Shown piece after piece: positions 1-14,700 of a stretch of DNA of 64,000 nucleotides. Origin of the DNA: Eledone cirrhosa. Taxonomy: Eukaryota. Made by a program: the position numbers and the translations under genes. The DNA is taken from NCBI GenBank assembly GCA_964016885.1, contig OZ024740.1, positions 432,760,001 through 432,824,000 of the forward strand, in the 5' to 3' direction. The notes beneath the pieces are model-generated. The model was not told the DNA's origin. It saw only the letters and a program-made list of their open reading frames with translations, and searched no databases. How positions within the stretch are numbered: the stretch's first letter is position 1; every line of letters begins with the position of its first letter.

Positions 1-3000
1 CCACACAATCAGTAAGAATGGAGACTTGATATGTGACAGAACCACAGAAGCAGTAAGAATGGAGACTTGATATGTGACAGAACCACAGAAGCAGTAAGAA
101 TGGAGACTTGATATGTGACAGAACTACAGAAGCAGTAAGAATGGAGACTTGATATGTGACAGAACCACAGAAGCAATAAGAATGGAGACTTGATATGTGA
201 CAGAACCACAGAAGCAGTAAGAATGGAGACTTGATATGTGACAGAACCACAGAAGCAGTAAGAATGGAGACTTGGTATGTGACAGAACCACAGAAGCAGT
301 AAGAATGGAGACTTGATATGTGACAGAACCACAGAATCAGTAAGAATGGAGACTTGATATGTGACAGAACTACAGAAGCAGTAAGAATGGAGACTTGATA
401 TGTAACAGAACCACAGAATCAGTAAGAATGGAGACTTGATATGTGACAGAACCACAGAATCAGTAAGAATGGAGACTTGATATGTGACAGAACCACAGAA
501 GCAGTAAGATTGGAGACTTGATATGTGACAGAACCACAGAATCAGTAAGAATGGAGACTTGATATGTAACAGAACCACAGAAGCAGTAAGAATGGATACT
601 TGGTATGTGACAGAACCACAGAAGCAGTAAGAATGGAGACTTGATATGTGACAGAACCACAGAATCAGTAAGAATGGAGACTTGCTATGTGACAGAACCA
701 GATAAGCAGTAAGAATGGAGACTTGATATGTGACAGAACCACAGAAGCAGTAAGAATGGAGACTTGATATGTGACAGAACCACACAATCAGTAAGAATGG
801 AGACTTGATATGTGACAGAACCACAGAATCAGTAAGAATGGAGACTTAATATGTGACAGAACCACAGAAGCAGTAAGAATGGAGACTTGATATGTGACAG
901 AACCACAGAAGCAGTAAGAATGGAGACTTGATATGTGACAGAACCACAGAAGCAGTAAAAATGGAGACTTGATATGTGACAGCACTACAGAAACACTAAG
1001 AATGGAGACTTGATATGTGACAGAACCACAGCAGCAGTAAGAATGGAGACTTGATATGTGACAGAACCACAGAATCAGTAAGAATGGAGACTTGATATGT
1101 GACAGAACCACAGAACCACTAAGAATGGAGACTTGATATGTGACAGAACCACAGAAGCAGTAAGAATGGAGACTTGATATGTGACAGAACCACACAAGCA
1201 GTAAGAATGGAGACTTGATATGTGACAGAACCACAGAAGAAGTAAGAATGGAGACTTGATATGTGACAGAACCACACAATCAGTAAGAATCGAGACTTGA
1301 TATGTAACAGAACTACAGAAGCAGTAAGAATGGAGACTTGATATGTGACAGAACCACAGAAGCAGTAAGAATGGAGACTTGATATGTGACAGAACCACAG
1401 AAGCAGTAAAAATGGAGACTTGATATGTGACAGAACTACAGAAGCACTAAGAATGGAGACTTGATATGTGACAGAACCACAGAAGCAGTAAAAATGGAGA
1501 CTTGATATGTGACAGAACCACAGAAGCAGTAAGAATGGAGACTTGATATGTGACAGAACCATACAATCAGTAAGAATGGAGACTTGATATGTGACAGAAC
1601 CACAGAAGCAGTAAGAATGGAGACTTGATATGTGACAGAACCACACAATCAGTAAGAATGGAGACTTGATATGTGACAGAACCACAGAATCAGTAAGAAT
1701 GGAGACTTGATATGTGACAGAACCACAGAAGCACTAAGAATGGAGACTTGATATGTGACAGAAACACAGAAGCAGTAAGAATGGAGACTTGATATGTGAC
1801 AGAACCACAGAAGCAGTAAGAATGGAGACTTGATATGTGACAGAACCACAGAATCAGTAAGAATGGAGACTTGATGTGTGACAGAACCACAGAAGCAGTA
1901 AGAATGGAGACTTGATATGTGACAGAACTACAGAAGCAGTAAGAATGGAGACTTGATATGTGACAGAACTACAGAAGCAGTAAGAATGGAGACTTGATAT
2001 GTGACAGAACTACAGAAGCAGTAAGAATGGAGACTTGATATGTGACAGAACCACAGAATCAGTAAGAATGGAGACTTGATATGTGACAGAACCACAGAAG
2101 CAGTAAGAATGGAGACTTAATATGTGACAGAACCACAGAAGCAGTAAGAATGGAGACTTGATATGTGACAGAAACACACAATCAGTAAGAATGGAGACTT
2201 GATATGTGACAGAACCACACAATCGGTAAGAATGGAGACTTGATATGTGACAGAACCACACAATCAGTAAGAATGGAGACTTGATATGTGATAGAACCAC
2301 AGAATCAGTAAGAATGGAGACTTGATATGTGACAGAACTACAGAAGCAGTAAGAATGGAGACTTGATATGTGACAGAACCACAGAATCAGTAAGAATGGA
2401 GACTTGATATGTGACAGAACTACAGAAGCAGTAAGAATGGAGACTTGATATGTGACAGAACCACAGAATCAGTAAGAATGGAGACTTGATATGTGACAGA
2501 ACCACAGAATCAGTAAGAATGGAGACTTGATATGTAACAGAACCACAGAAGCAGTAAGAATGGAGACTTGGTATGTGACAGAACCACAGAAGCAGTAAGA
2601 ATGGAGACTTGATATGTGACAGAACCACAGAATCAGTAAGAATGGAGACTTGGTATGTGACAGAACCACATAAGCAGTAAGAATGGAGACTTGATATGTG
2701 ACAGAACCACAGAAGCAGTAAGAATGGAGACTTGGTATGTGACAGAACCACAGAAGCAGTAAGAATGGAGACTTGATATGTGACAGAACCACACAATCAG
2801 TAAGAATGGAGACTTAATATGCGACAGAACCACAGAAGCAGTAAGAATGGAGACTTGATATGTGACAGAACCACAGAAGCAGTAAGAATGGAGACTTGAT
2901 ATGTGACAGAACGACAGAAGCAGTAAGAATGGAGACTTGATATGTGACAGAACCACAGAATCAGTAAGAATGGAGACTTGATATGTAACAGAACCACAGA

Positions 3001-6000
3001 AGCAGGAAGAATGGAGACTTGGTATGTAACAGAACCACACAATCAGTAAGAATGGAGACTTGATATGTAACAGAACCACACAATCAGTAAGAATGGAGAC
3101 TTGATATGTGACAGAACCATACAAGCAGTAAGAACGGAGGCTTGATATGTGACAGAACCACAGAATCAGTAAGAATGGAGACTTGATATGTGACAGAACC
3201 ACACAATCAGTAAGAATGGAGACTTGATATGTAACAGAACCACACAATCAGTAAGAATGGAGACTTGATATGTGACAGAACCACACAAGCAGTAAGAATG
3301 GAGACTTGATATGTAACAGAACCACACAATCAGTAAAAATGGAGACTTGATATGTGATAGAACCACAGAAGCAGTAAGAATGGAGACTTGATATGTGACA
3401 GAACCACACAATCAGTAAGAATGGAGACTTGATATGTGACAGAACCACAGAAGCAGTAAGAATGGAGACTTGATATGTGACAGAACCACAGAAGCAGTAA
3501 GAATGGAGACTTGATATGTGACAGAACCACAGAATCAGTAAGAATGGAGACTTAATATGTGACAGAACCACAGAAGCAGTAAGAATGGAGACTTGATATG
3601 TGACAGAACCACAGAATCAGTAAGAATGGAGACTTGATATGTGACAAAACCACAGAATCAGTAAGAATGGAGACTTAATATGTGACAGAACCACAGAAGC
3701 AGTAAGAATGGAGACTTGATATGTGACAGAACCACAGAAGCAGTAAGAATGGAGACTTGATATGTGACAGAACCACAGAATCAGTAAGAATGGAGACTTA
3801 ATATGTGACAGAACCACAGAAGCAGTAAGAATGGAGACTTGATATGTGACAGAACCACAGAATCAGTAAGAATGGAGACTTGATATGTGACAAAACCACA
3901 GAATCAGTAAGAATGGAGACTTAATATGTGACAGAACCACAGAAGCAGTAAGAATGGAGACTTGATATGTGACAGAACCACAGAAGCAGTAAGAATGGAG
4001 ACTTGATATGTGACAGAACCACAGAATCAGTAAGAATGGAGACTTGATATGTGACAGAACCACAGAATCAGTAAGAATGGAGACTTAATATGTGACAGAA
4101 CCACAGAAGCAGTAAGAATGGAGACTTGATATGTGACAGAACCACAGAATCAGTAAGAATGGAGACTTAATATGTGACAGAACCACAGAAGCAGTAAGAA
4201 TGGAGACTTGATATGTGACAGAACCACAGAATCAGTAAGAATGGAGACTTGATATGTGACAAAACCACAGAATCAGTAAGAATGGAGACTTAATATGTGA
4301 CAGAACCACAGAAGCAGTAAGAATGGAGACTTGATATGTGACAGAACCACAGAAGCAGTAAGAATGGAGACTTGATATGTGACAGAACCACAGAATCAGT
4401 AAGAATGGAGACTTGATATGTGACAGAACCACAGAAGCAGTAAGAATGGAGACTTGATATGTGACAGAACCACAGAATCAGTAAGAATGGAGACTTGATA
4501 TGTGACAAAACCACAGAATCAGTAAGAATGGAGACTTAATATGTGACAGAACCACAGAAGCAGTAAGAATGGAGACTTGATATGTGACAGAACCACAGAA
4601 GCAGTAAGAATGGAGACTTGATATGTGACAGAACCACAGAATCAGTAAGAATGGAGACTTGATATGTGACAAAACCACAGAACCAGTAAGAATGGAGACT
4701 TGATATGTAACAGAACCACAGAATCAGTAAGAATGGAGACTTAATATGTGACAGAACCACAGAAGCAGTAAGAATGGAGACTTGATATGTGACAGAACCA
4801 CAGAAGCAGTAAGAATGGAGACTTGATATGTGACAGAACCACAGAAGCAGTAAGAATGGAGACTTGATATGTGACAGAACCACACAATCAGTAAGAATGG
4901 AGACTTGATATGTGACAGAACCACACAATCAGTAAGAATGGAGACTTGATATGTGACAGAACCACAGAAGCACTAAGAATGGAGACTTGATATGTGACAG
5001 AACCACAGAAGCAGTAAGAATGGAGACTTGATATGTGACAGAACCACAGAATCAGTAAGAATGGAGACTTGATATGTAACAGAACCACACAATCAGTAAG
5101 AATGGAGACTTGATATGTAACAGAACCACACAATCAGTAAGAATGGAGACTTGATATGTGACAGAACCACACAAGCAGTAAGAATGGAGACTTGATATGT
5201 AACAGAACCACACAATCAGTAAGAATGGAGACTTGATATGTAACAGAACCACACAATCAGTAAGAATGGAGACTTGATATGTAACAGAACCACACAATCA
5301 GTAAGAATGGAGACTTGATATGTGACAGAACCACAGAAGCAGTAAGAATGGAGACTTGATATGTAACAGAACCACACAATCAGTAAGAATGGAGACTTGA
5401 TATGTAACAGAACCACACAATCAGTAAGAATGGAGACTTGATATGTAACAGAACCACAGAATCAGTAAGAATGGAGACTTGATATGTGACAGAAACACAG
5501 AATCAGTAAGAATGGAGACTTGATATGTGACAAAACCACAGAACCAGTAAGAATGGAGACTTGATATGTAACAGAACCACAGAAGCAGTAAGAATGGAGA
5601 CTTGATATGTGACAGAACCACAGAAGCAGTAAGAATGGAGACTTGATATGTGACAGAACCACAGAAGCAGTAAGAATGGAGACTTGGTATGTGACAGAAC
5701 CACAGAATCAGTAAGAATGGAGACTTGATATGTGACAGAACTACAGAAGCAGTAAGAATGGAGACTTGATATGTGACAGAACCACAGAATCAGTAAGAAT
5801 GGAGACTTGATATGTGACAGAACCACAGAATCAGTAAGAATGGAGACTTGATATGTGACAGAACCACAGAAGCAGTAAGATTGGAGACTTGATATGTGAC
5901 AGAACCACAGAATCAGTAAGAATGGAGACTTGATATGTAACAGAACCACAGAAGCAGTAAGAATGGAGACTTGGTATGTGACAGAACCACAGAAGCAGTA

Positions 6001-9000
6001 AGAATGGAGACTTGATATGTGACAGAACCACAGAATCAGTAAGAATGGAGACTTGCTATGTGACAGAACCAGATAAGCAGTAAGAATGGAGACTTGATAT
6101 GTGACAGAACCACAGAAGCAGTAAGAATGGAGACTTGATATGTGACAGAACCACAGAAGCAGTAAGAATGGAGACTTGATATGTGACAGAACCACACAAT
6201 CAGTAAGAATGGAGACTTGATATGTGACAGAACCACAGAATCAGTAAGAATGGAGACTTAATATGTGACAGAACCACAGAAGCAGTAAGAATGGAGACTT
6301 GATATGTGACAGAACCACAGAAGCAGTAAGAATGGAGAGTTGATATGTGACAGAACCACAGAAGCACTAAGAATGGAGACTTGATATGTGACAGAACCAC
6401 AGAAGCAGTAAGAATGGAGACTTGATATGTGACAGAACCACAGAAGCAGTAAAAATGGAGACTTGATATGTGACAGAACCACACAATCAGTAAGAATGGA
6501 GACTTGATATGTGACAGAACCACAGAAGCAGTAAGAATGGAGACTTGATATGTGACAGAACCACAGAAGCAGTAAGAATGGAGACTTGATATGTGACAGA
6601 ACTACAGAAGCAGTAAGAATGGAGACTTGATATGTGACAGAACCACAGAAGCAATAAGAATGGAGACTTGATATGTGACAGAACCACAGAAGCAGTAAGA
6701 ATGGAGACTTGATATGTGACAGAACCACAGAAGCAGTAAGAATGGAGACTTGGTATGTGACAGAACCACAGAAGCAGTAAGAATGGAGACTTGATATGTG
6801 ACAGAACCACAGAATCAGTAAGAATGGAGACTTGATATGTGACAGAACTACAGAAGCAGTAAGAATGGAGACTTGATATGTAACAGAACCACAGAATCAG
6901 TAAGAATGGAGACTTGATATGTGACAGAACCACAGAATCAGTAAGAATGGAGACTTGATATGTGACAGAACCACAGAAGCAGTAAGATTGGAGACTTGAT
7001 ATGTGACAGAACCACAGAATCAGTAAGAATGGAGACTTGATATGTAACAGAACCACAGAAGCAGTAAGAATGGATACTTGGTATGTGACAGAACCACAGA
7101 AGCAGTAAGAATGGAGACTTGATATGTGACAGAACCACAGAATCAGTAAGAATGGAGACTTGCTATGTGACAGAACCAGATAAGCAGTAAGAATGGAGAC
7201 TTGATATGTGACAGAACCACAGAAGCAGTAAGAATGGAGACTTGATATGTGACAGAACCACACAATCAGTAAGAATGGAGACTTGATATGTGACAGAACC
7301 ACAGAATCAGTAAGAATGGAGACTTAATATGTGACAGAACCACAGAAGCAGTAAGAATGGAGACTTGATATGTGACAGAACCACAGAAGCAGTAAGAATG
7401 GAGACTTGATATGTGACAGAACCACAGAAGCAGTAAAAATGGAGACTTGATATGTGACAGCACTACAGAAACACTAAGAATGGAGACTTGATATGTGACA
7501 GAACCACAGCAGCAGTAAGAATGGAGACTTGATATGTGACAGAACCACAGAATCAGTAAGAATGGAGACTTGATATGTGACAGAACCACAGAACCACTAA
7601 GAATGGAGACTTGATATGTGACAGAACCACAGAAGCAGTAAGAATGGAGACTTGATATGTGACAGAACCACACAAGCAGTAAGAATGGAGACTTGATATG
7701 TGACAGAACCACAGAAGAAGTAAGAATGGAGACTTGATATGTGACAGAACCACACAATCAGTAAGAATCGAGACTTGATATGTAACAGAACTACAGAAGC
7801 AGTAAGAATGGAGACTTGATATGTGACAGAACCACAGAAGCAGTAAGAATGGAGACTTGATATGTGACAGAACCACAGAAGCAGTAAAAATGGAGACTTG
7901 ATATGTGACAGAACTACAGAAGCACTAAGAATGGAGACTTGATATGTGACAGAACCACAGAAGCAGTAAAAATGGAGACTTGATATGTGACAGAACCACA
8001 GAAGCAGTAAGAATGGAGACTTGATATGTGACAGAACCATACAATCAGTAAGAATGGAGACTTGATATGTGACAGAACCACAGAAGCAGTAAGAATGGAG
8101 ACTTGATATGTGACAGAACCACACAATCAGTAAGAATGGAGACTTGATATGTGACAGAACCACAGAATCAGTAAGAATGGAGACTTGATATGTGACAGAA
8201 CCACAGAAGCACTAAGAATGGAGACTTGATATGTGACAGAAACACAGAAGCAGTAAGAATGGAGACTTGATATGTGACAGAACCACAGAAGCAGTAAGAA
8301 TGGAGACTTGATATGTGACAGAACCACAGAATCAGTAAGAATGGAGACTTGATGTGTGACAGAACCACAGAAGCAGTAAGAATGGAGACTTGATATGTGA
8401 CAGAACTACAGAAGCAGTAAGAATGGAGACTTGATATGTGACAGAACTACAGAAGCAGTAAGAATGGAGACTTGATATGTGACAGAACTACAGAAGCAGT
8501 AAGAATGGAGACTTGATATGTGACAGAACCACAGAATCAGTAAGAATGGAGACTTGATATGTGACAGAACCACAGAAGCAGTAAGAATGGAGACTTAATA
8601 TGTGACAGAACCACAGAAGCAGTAAGAATGGAGACTTGATATGTGACAGAAACACACAATCAGTAAGAATGGAGACTTGATATGTGACAGAACCACAGAA
8701 GCAGTAAGAATGGAGACTTGATATGTGACAGAACCACACAATCAGTAAGAATGGAGACTTGATATGTGATAGAACCACAGAATCAGTAAGAATGGAGACT
8801 TGATATGTGACAGAACTACAGAAGCAGTAAGAATGGAGACTTGATATGTGACAGAACCACAGAATCAGTAAGAATGGAGACTTGATATGTGACAGAACTA
8901 CAGAAGCAGTAAGAATGGAGACTTGATATGTGACAGAACCACAGAATCAGTAAGAATGGAGACTTGATATGTGACAGAACCACAGAATCAGTAAGAATGG

Positions 9001-12000
9001 AGACTTGATATGTAACAGAACCACAGAAGCAGTAAGAATGGAGACTTGGTATGTGACAGAACCACAGAAGCAGTAAGAATGGAGACTTGATATGTGACAG
9101 AACCACAGAATCAGTAAGAATGGAGACTTGGTATGTGACAGAACCACATAAGCAGTAAGAATGGAGACTTGATATGTGACAGAACCACAGAAGCAGTAAG
9201 AATGGAGACTTGGTATGTGACAGAACCACAGAAGCAGTAAGAATGGAGACTTGATATGTGACAGAACCACACAATCAGTAAGAATGGAGACTTAATATGC
9301 GACAGAACCACAGAAGCAGTAAGAATGGAGACTTGATATGTGACAGAACCACAGAAGCAGTAAGAATGGAGACTTGATATGTGACAGAACGACAGAAGCA
9401 GTAAGAATGGAGACTTGATATGTGACAGAACCACAGAATCAGTAAGAATGGAGACTTGATATGTAACAGAACCACAGAAGCAGGAAGAATGGAGACTTGG
9501 TATGTAACAGAACCACACAATCAGTAAGAATGGAGACTTGATATGTAACAGAACCACACAATCAGTAAGAATGGAGACTTGATATGTGACAGAACCATAC
9601 AAGCAGTAAGAACGGAGGCTTGATATGTGACAGAACCACAGAATCAGTAAGAATGGAGACTTGATATGTGACAGAACCACACAATCAGTAAGAATGGAGA
9701 CTTGATATGTAACAGAACCACACAATCAGTAAGAATGGAGACTTGATATGTGACAGAACCACACAAGCAGTAAGAATGGAGACTTGATATGTAACAGAAC
9801 CACACAATCAGTAAAAATGGAGACTTGATATGTGATAGAACCACAGAAGCAGTAAGAATGGAGACTTGATATGTGACAGAACCACACAATCAGTAAGAAT
9901 GGAGACTTGATATGTGACAGAACCACAGAAGCAGTAAGAATGGAGACTTGATATGTGACAGAACCACAGAAGCAGTAAGAATGGAGACTTGATATGTGAC
10001 AGAACCACAGAATCAGTAAGAATGGAGACTTAATATGTGACAGAACCACAGAAGCAGTAAGAATGGAGACTTGATATGTGACAGAACCACAGAATCAGTA
10101 AGAATGGAGACTTGATATGTGACAAAACCACAGAATCAGTAAGAATGGAGACTTAATATGTGACAGAACCACAGAAGCAGTAAGAATGGAGACTTGATAT
10201 GTGACAGAACCACAGAAGCAGTAAGAATGGAGACTTGATATGTGACAGAACCACAGAATCAGTAAGAATGGAGACTTGATATGTGACAGAACCACAGAAT
10301 CAGTAAGAATGGAGACTTAATATGTGACAGAACCACAGAAGCAGTAAGAATGGAGACTTGATATGTGACAGAACCACAGAAGCAGTAAGAATGGAGACTT
10401 GATATGTGACAGAACCACAGAAGCAGTAAGAATGGAGACTTGATATGTGACAGAACCACACAATCAGTAAGAATGGAGACTTGATATGTGACAGAACCAC
10501 ACAATCAGTAAGAATGGAGACTTGATATGTGACAGAACCACAGAAGCACTAAGAATGGAGACTTGATATGTGACAGAACCACAGAAGCAGTAAGAATGGA
10601 GACTTGATATGTGACAGAACCACAGAATCAGTAAGAATGGAGACTTGATATGTAACAGAACCACACAATCAGTAAGAATGGAGACTTGATATGTAGCAGA
10701 ACCACACAATCAGTAAGAATGGAGACTTGATATGTGACAGAACCACAGAAGCAGTAAGAATGGAGACTTGATATGTGACAGAACCACAGAAGCAGTAAGA
10801 ATGGAGACTTGATATGTGACAGAACCACAGAAGCACTAAGAATGGAGACTTGATATGTGACAGAACCACAGAAGCAGTAAGAATGGAGACTTGATATGTG
10901 ACAGAACCACAGAAGCAGTAAGAATGGAGACTTGATATGTGACAGAACCACAGAAGCAGTAAAAATGGAGACTTGATATGTGACAGAACTACAGAAGCAC
11001 TAAGAATGGAGACTTGATATGTGACAGAACCACAGCAGCAGTAAGAATGGAGACTTGATATGTGACAGAACCACAGAATCAGTAAGAATGGAGACTTGAT
11101 ATGTGACAGAACCACAGAAGCACTAAGAATGGAGACTTGATATGTGACAGAACCACAGAAGCAGTAAGAATGGAGACTTGATATGTGACAGAACCACACA
11201 AGCAGTAAGAATGGAGACTTGATATGTGACAGAACCACAGAAGCAGTAAGAATGGAGACTTGATATGTGACAGAACCACACAATCAGTAAGAATGGAGAC
11301 TTGATATGTAACAGAACTACAGAAGCAGTAAGAATGGAGACTTGATATGTGACAGAACCACAGAAGCAGTAAGAATGCAGACTTGATATGTGACAGAACC
11401 ACAGAAGCAGTAAAAATGGAGACTTGATATGTGACAGAACTACAGAAGCACTAAGAATGGAGACTTGATATGTGACAGAACCACAGAAGCAGTAAAAATG
11501 GAGACTTGATATGTGACAGAACCACAGAAGCAGTAAGAATGGAGACTTGATATGTGACAGAACCATACAATCAGTAAGAATGGAGACTTGATATGTGACA
11601 GAACCACAGAATCAGTAAGAATGGAGACTTGATATGTGACAGAACTACAGAAGCTGTAAGAATGGAGACTTGATATGTGACAGAACCACAGAATCAGTAA
11701 GAATGGAGACTTGATATGTGACAGAACTACAGAAGCAGTAAGAATGGAGACTTGATATGTGACAGAACCACAGAATCAGTAAGAATGGAGACTTGATATG
11801 TGACAGAACCACAGAATCAGTAAGAATGGAGACTTGATATGTAACAGAACCACAGAAGCAGTAAGAATGGAGACTTGGTATGTGACAGAACCACAGAAGC
11901 AGTAAGAATGGAGACTTGATATGTGACAGAACCACAGAATCAGTAAGAATGGAGACTTGATATGTAACAGAACCACACAATCAGTAAGAATGGAGACTTG

Positions 12001-14700
12001 ATATGTAACAGAACCACACAATCAGTAAGAATGGAGACTTGATATGTGACAGAACCACACAAGCAGTAAGAATGGAGACTTGATATGTAACAGAACCACA
12101 CAATCAGTAAGAATGGAGACTTGATATGTAACAGAACCACACAATCAGTAAGAATGGAGACTTGATATGTAACAGAACCACACAATCAGTAAGAATGGAG
12201 ACTTGATATGTGACAGAACCACAGAAGCAGTAAGAATGGAGACTTGATATGTAACAGAACCACACAATCAGTAAGAATGGAGACTTGATATGTAACAGAA
12301 CCACACAATCAGTAAGAATGGAGACTTGATATGTAACAGAACCACAGAATCAGTAAGAATGGAGACTTGATATGTGACAGAAACACAGAATCAGTAAGAA
12401 TGGAGACTTGATATGTGACAAAACCACAGAACCAGTAAGAATGGAGACTTGATATGTAACAGAACCACAGAAGCAGTAAGAATGGAGACTTGGTATGTGA
12501 CAGAACCACAGAAGCAGTAAGAATGGAGACTTGATATGTGACAGAACCACAGAATCAGTAAGAATGGAGACTTGATATGTGACAGAACTACAGAAGCAGT
12601 AAGAATGGAGACTTGATATGTGACAGAACCACAGAATCAGTAAGAATGGAGACTTGATATGTGACAGAACCACAGAATCAGTAAGAATGGAGACTTGATA
12701 TGTGACAGAACCACAGAAGCAGTAAGAATGGAGACTTGATATGTAACAGAACCACACAATCAGTAAGAATGGAGACTTGATATGTAACAGAACCACACAA
12801 TCAGTAAGAATGGAGACTTGATATGTAACAGAACCACAGAATCAGTAAGAATGGAGACTTGATATGTGACAGAAACACAGAATCAGTAAGAATGGAGACT
12901 TGATATGTGACAAAACCACAGAACCAGTAAGAATGGAGACTTGATATGTAACAGAACCACAGAAGCAGTAAGAATGGAGACTTGGTATGTGACAGAACCA
13001 CAGAAGCAGTAAGAATGGAGACTTGATATGTGACAGAACCACAGAATCAGTAAGAATGGAGACTTGATATGTGACAGAACTACAGAAGCAGTAAGAATGG
13101 AGACTTGATATGTGACAGAACCACAGAATCAGTAAGAATGGAGACTTGATATGTGACAGAACCACAGAATCAGTAAGAATGGAGACTTGATATGTGACAG
13201 AACCACAGAAGCAGTAAGATTGGAGACTTGATATGTGACAGAACCACAGAATCAGTAAGAATGGAGACTTGATATGTAACAGAACCACAGAAGCAGTAAG
13301 AATGGAGACTTGGTATGTGACAGAACCACAGAAGCAGTAAGAATGGAGACTTGATATGTGACAGAACCACAGAATCAGTAAGAATGGAGACTTGCTATGT
13401 GACAGAACCAGATAAGCAGTAAGAATGGAGACTTGATATGTGACAGAACCACAGAAGCAGTAAGAATGGAGACTTGATATGTGACAGAACCACAGAAGCA
13501 GTAAGAATGGAGACTTGATATGTGACAGAACCACACAATCAGTAAGAATGGAGACTTGATATGTGACAGAACCACAGAATCAGTAAGAATGGAGACTTAA
13601 TATGTGACAGAACCACAGAAGCAGTAAGAATGGAGACTTGATATGTGACAGAACCACAGAAGCAGCAAGAATGGAGAGTTGATATGTGACAGAACCACAG
13701 AAGCACTAAGAATGGAGACTTGATATGTGACAGAACCACAGAAGCAGTAAGAATGGAGACTTGATATGTGACAGAACCACAGAAGCAGTAAAAATGGAGA
13801 CTTGATATGTGACAGAACCACACAATCAGTAAGAATGGAGACTTGATATGTGACAGAACCACAGAAGCAGTAAGAATGGAGACTTGATATGTGACAGAAC
13901 CACAGAAGCAGTAAGAATGGAGACTTGATATGTGACAGAACTACAGAAGCAGTAAGAATGGAGACTTGATATGTGACAGAACCACAGAAGCAATAAGAAT
14001 GGAGACTTGATATGTGACAGAACCACAGAAGCAGTAAGAATGGAGACTTGATATGTGACAGAACCACAGAAGCAGTAAGAATGGAGACTTGGTATGTGAC
14101 AGAACCACAGAAGCAGTAAGAATGGAGACTTGATATGTGACAGAACCACAGAATCAGTAAGAATGGAGACTTGATATGTGACAGAACTACAGAAGCAGTA
14201 AGAATGGAGACTTGATATGTAACAGAACCACAGAATCAGTAAGAATGGAGACTTGATATGTGACAGAACCACAGAATCAGTAAGAATGGAGACTTGATAT
14301 GTGACAGAACCACAGAAGCAGTAAGATTGGAGACTTGATATGTGACAGAACCACAGAATCAGTAAGAATGGAGACTTGATATGTAACAGAACCACAGAAG
14401 CAGTAAGAATGGAGACTTGGTATGTGACAGAACCACAGAAGCAGTAAGAATGGAGACTTGATATGTGACAGAACCACAGAATCAGTAAGAATGGAGACTT
14501 GCTATGTGACAGAACCAGATAAGCAGTAAGAATGGAGACTTGATATGTGACAGAACCACAGAAGCAGTAAGAATGGAGACTTGATATGTGACAGAACCAC
14601 ACAATCAGTAAGAATGGAGACTTGATATGTGACAGAACCACAGAATCAGTAAGAATGGAGACTTAATATGTGACAGAACCACAGAAGCAGTAAGAATGGA
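1..14700. repeat. Sub-domain A: imperfect 6.5-7.3 kb macro-repeat (158- and 179-monomer offsets)
   Basis: Rare variants recur at +6478 (158x41): GGATACTTGG ~594/~7072, CAGCACTACAGAAACAC ~980/~7458, GAACGGAGGCTT ~3133/~9611. The ORF patterns 9..824 and 6487..7302 are identical, and a third partial copy sits at 13826 (+7339 = 179x41). Confidence 0.9.

Noticed and set aside
10-50. Similarity to human HSat2/3 through GAATGG, or identity with chicken CNM because of the 41-bp length
   Set aside because: There is only one GAATGG per monomer and no 5-bp periodicity. There are no phased A3-5/T3-5 tracts, and equal unit length is not homology.
43-90. V(D)J RSS-like pair: CACAGAA heptamer and (G)ACAGAACC nonamer-like sequence
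   Set aside because: The spacer is 26-27 nt rather than 12 or 23, and both elements deviate from CACAGTG/ACAAAAACC.
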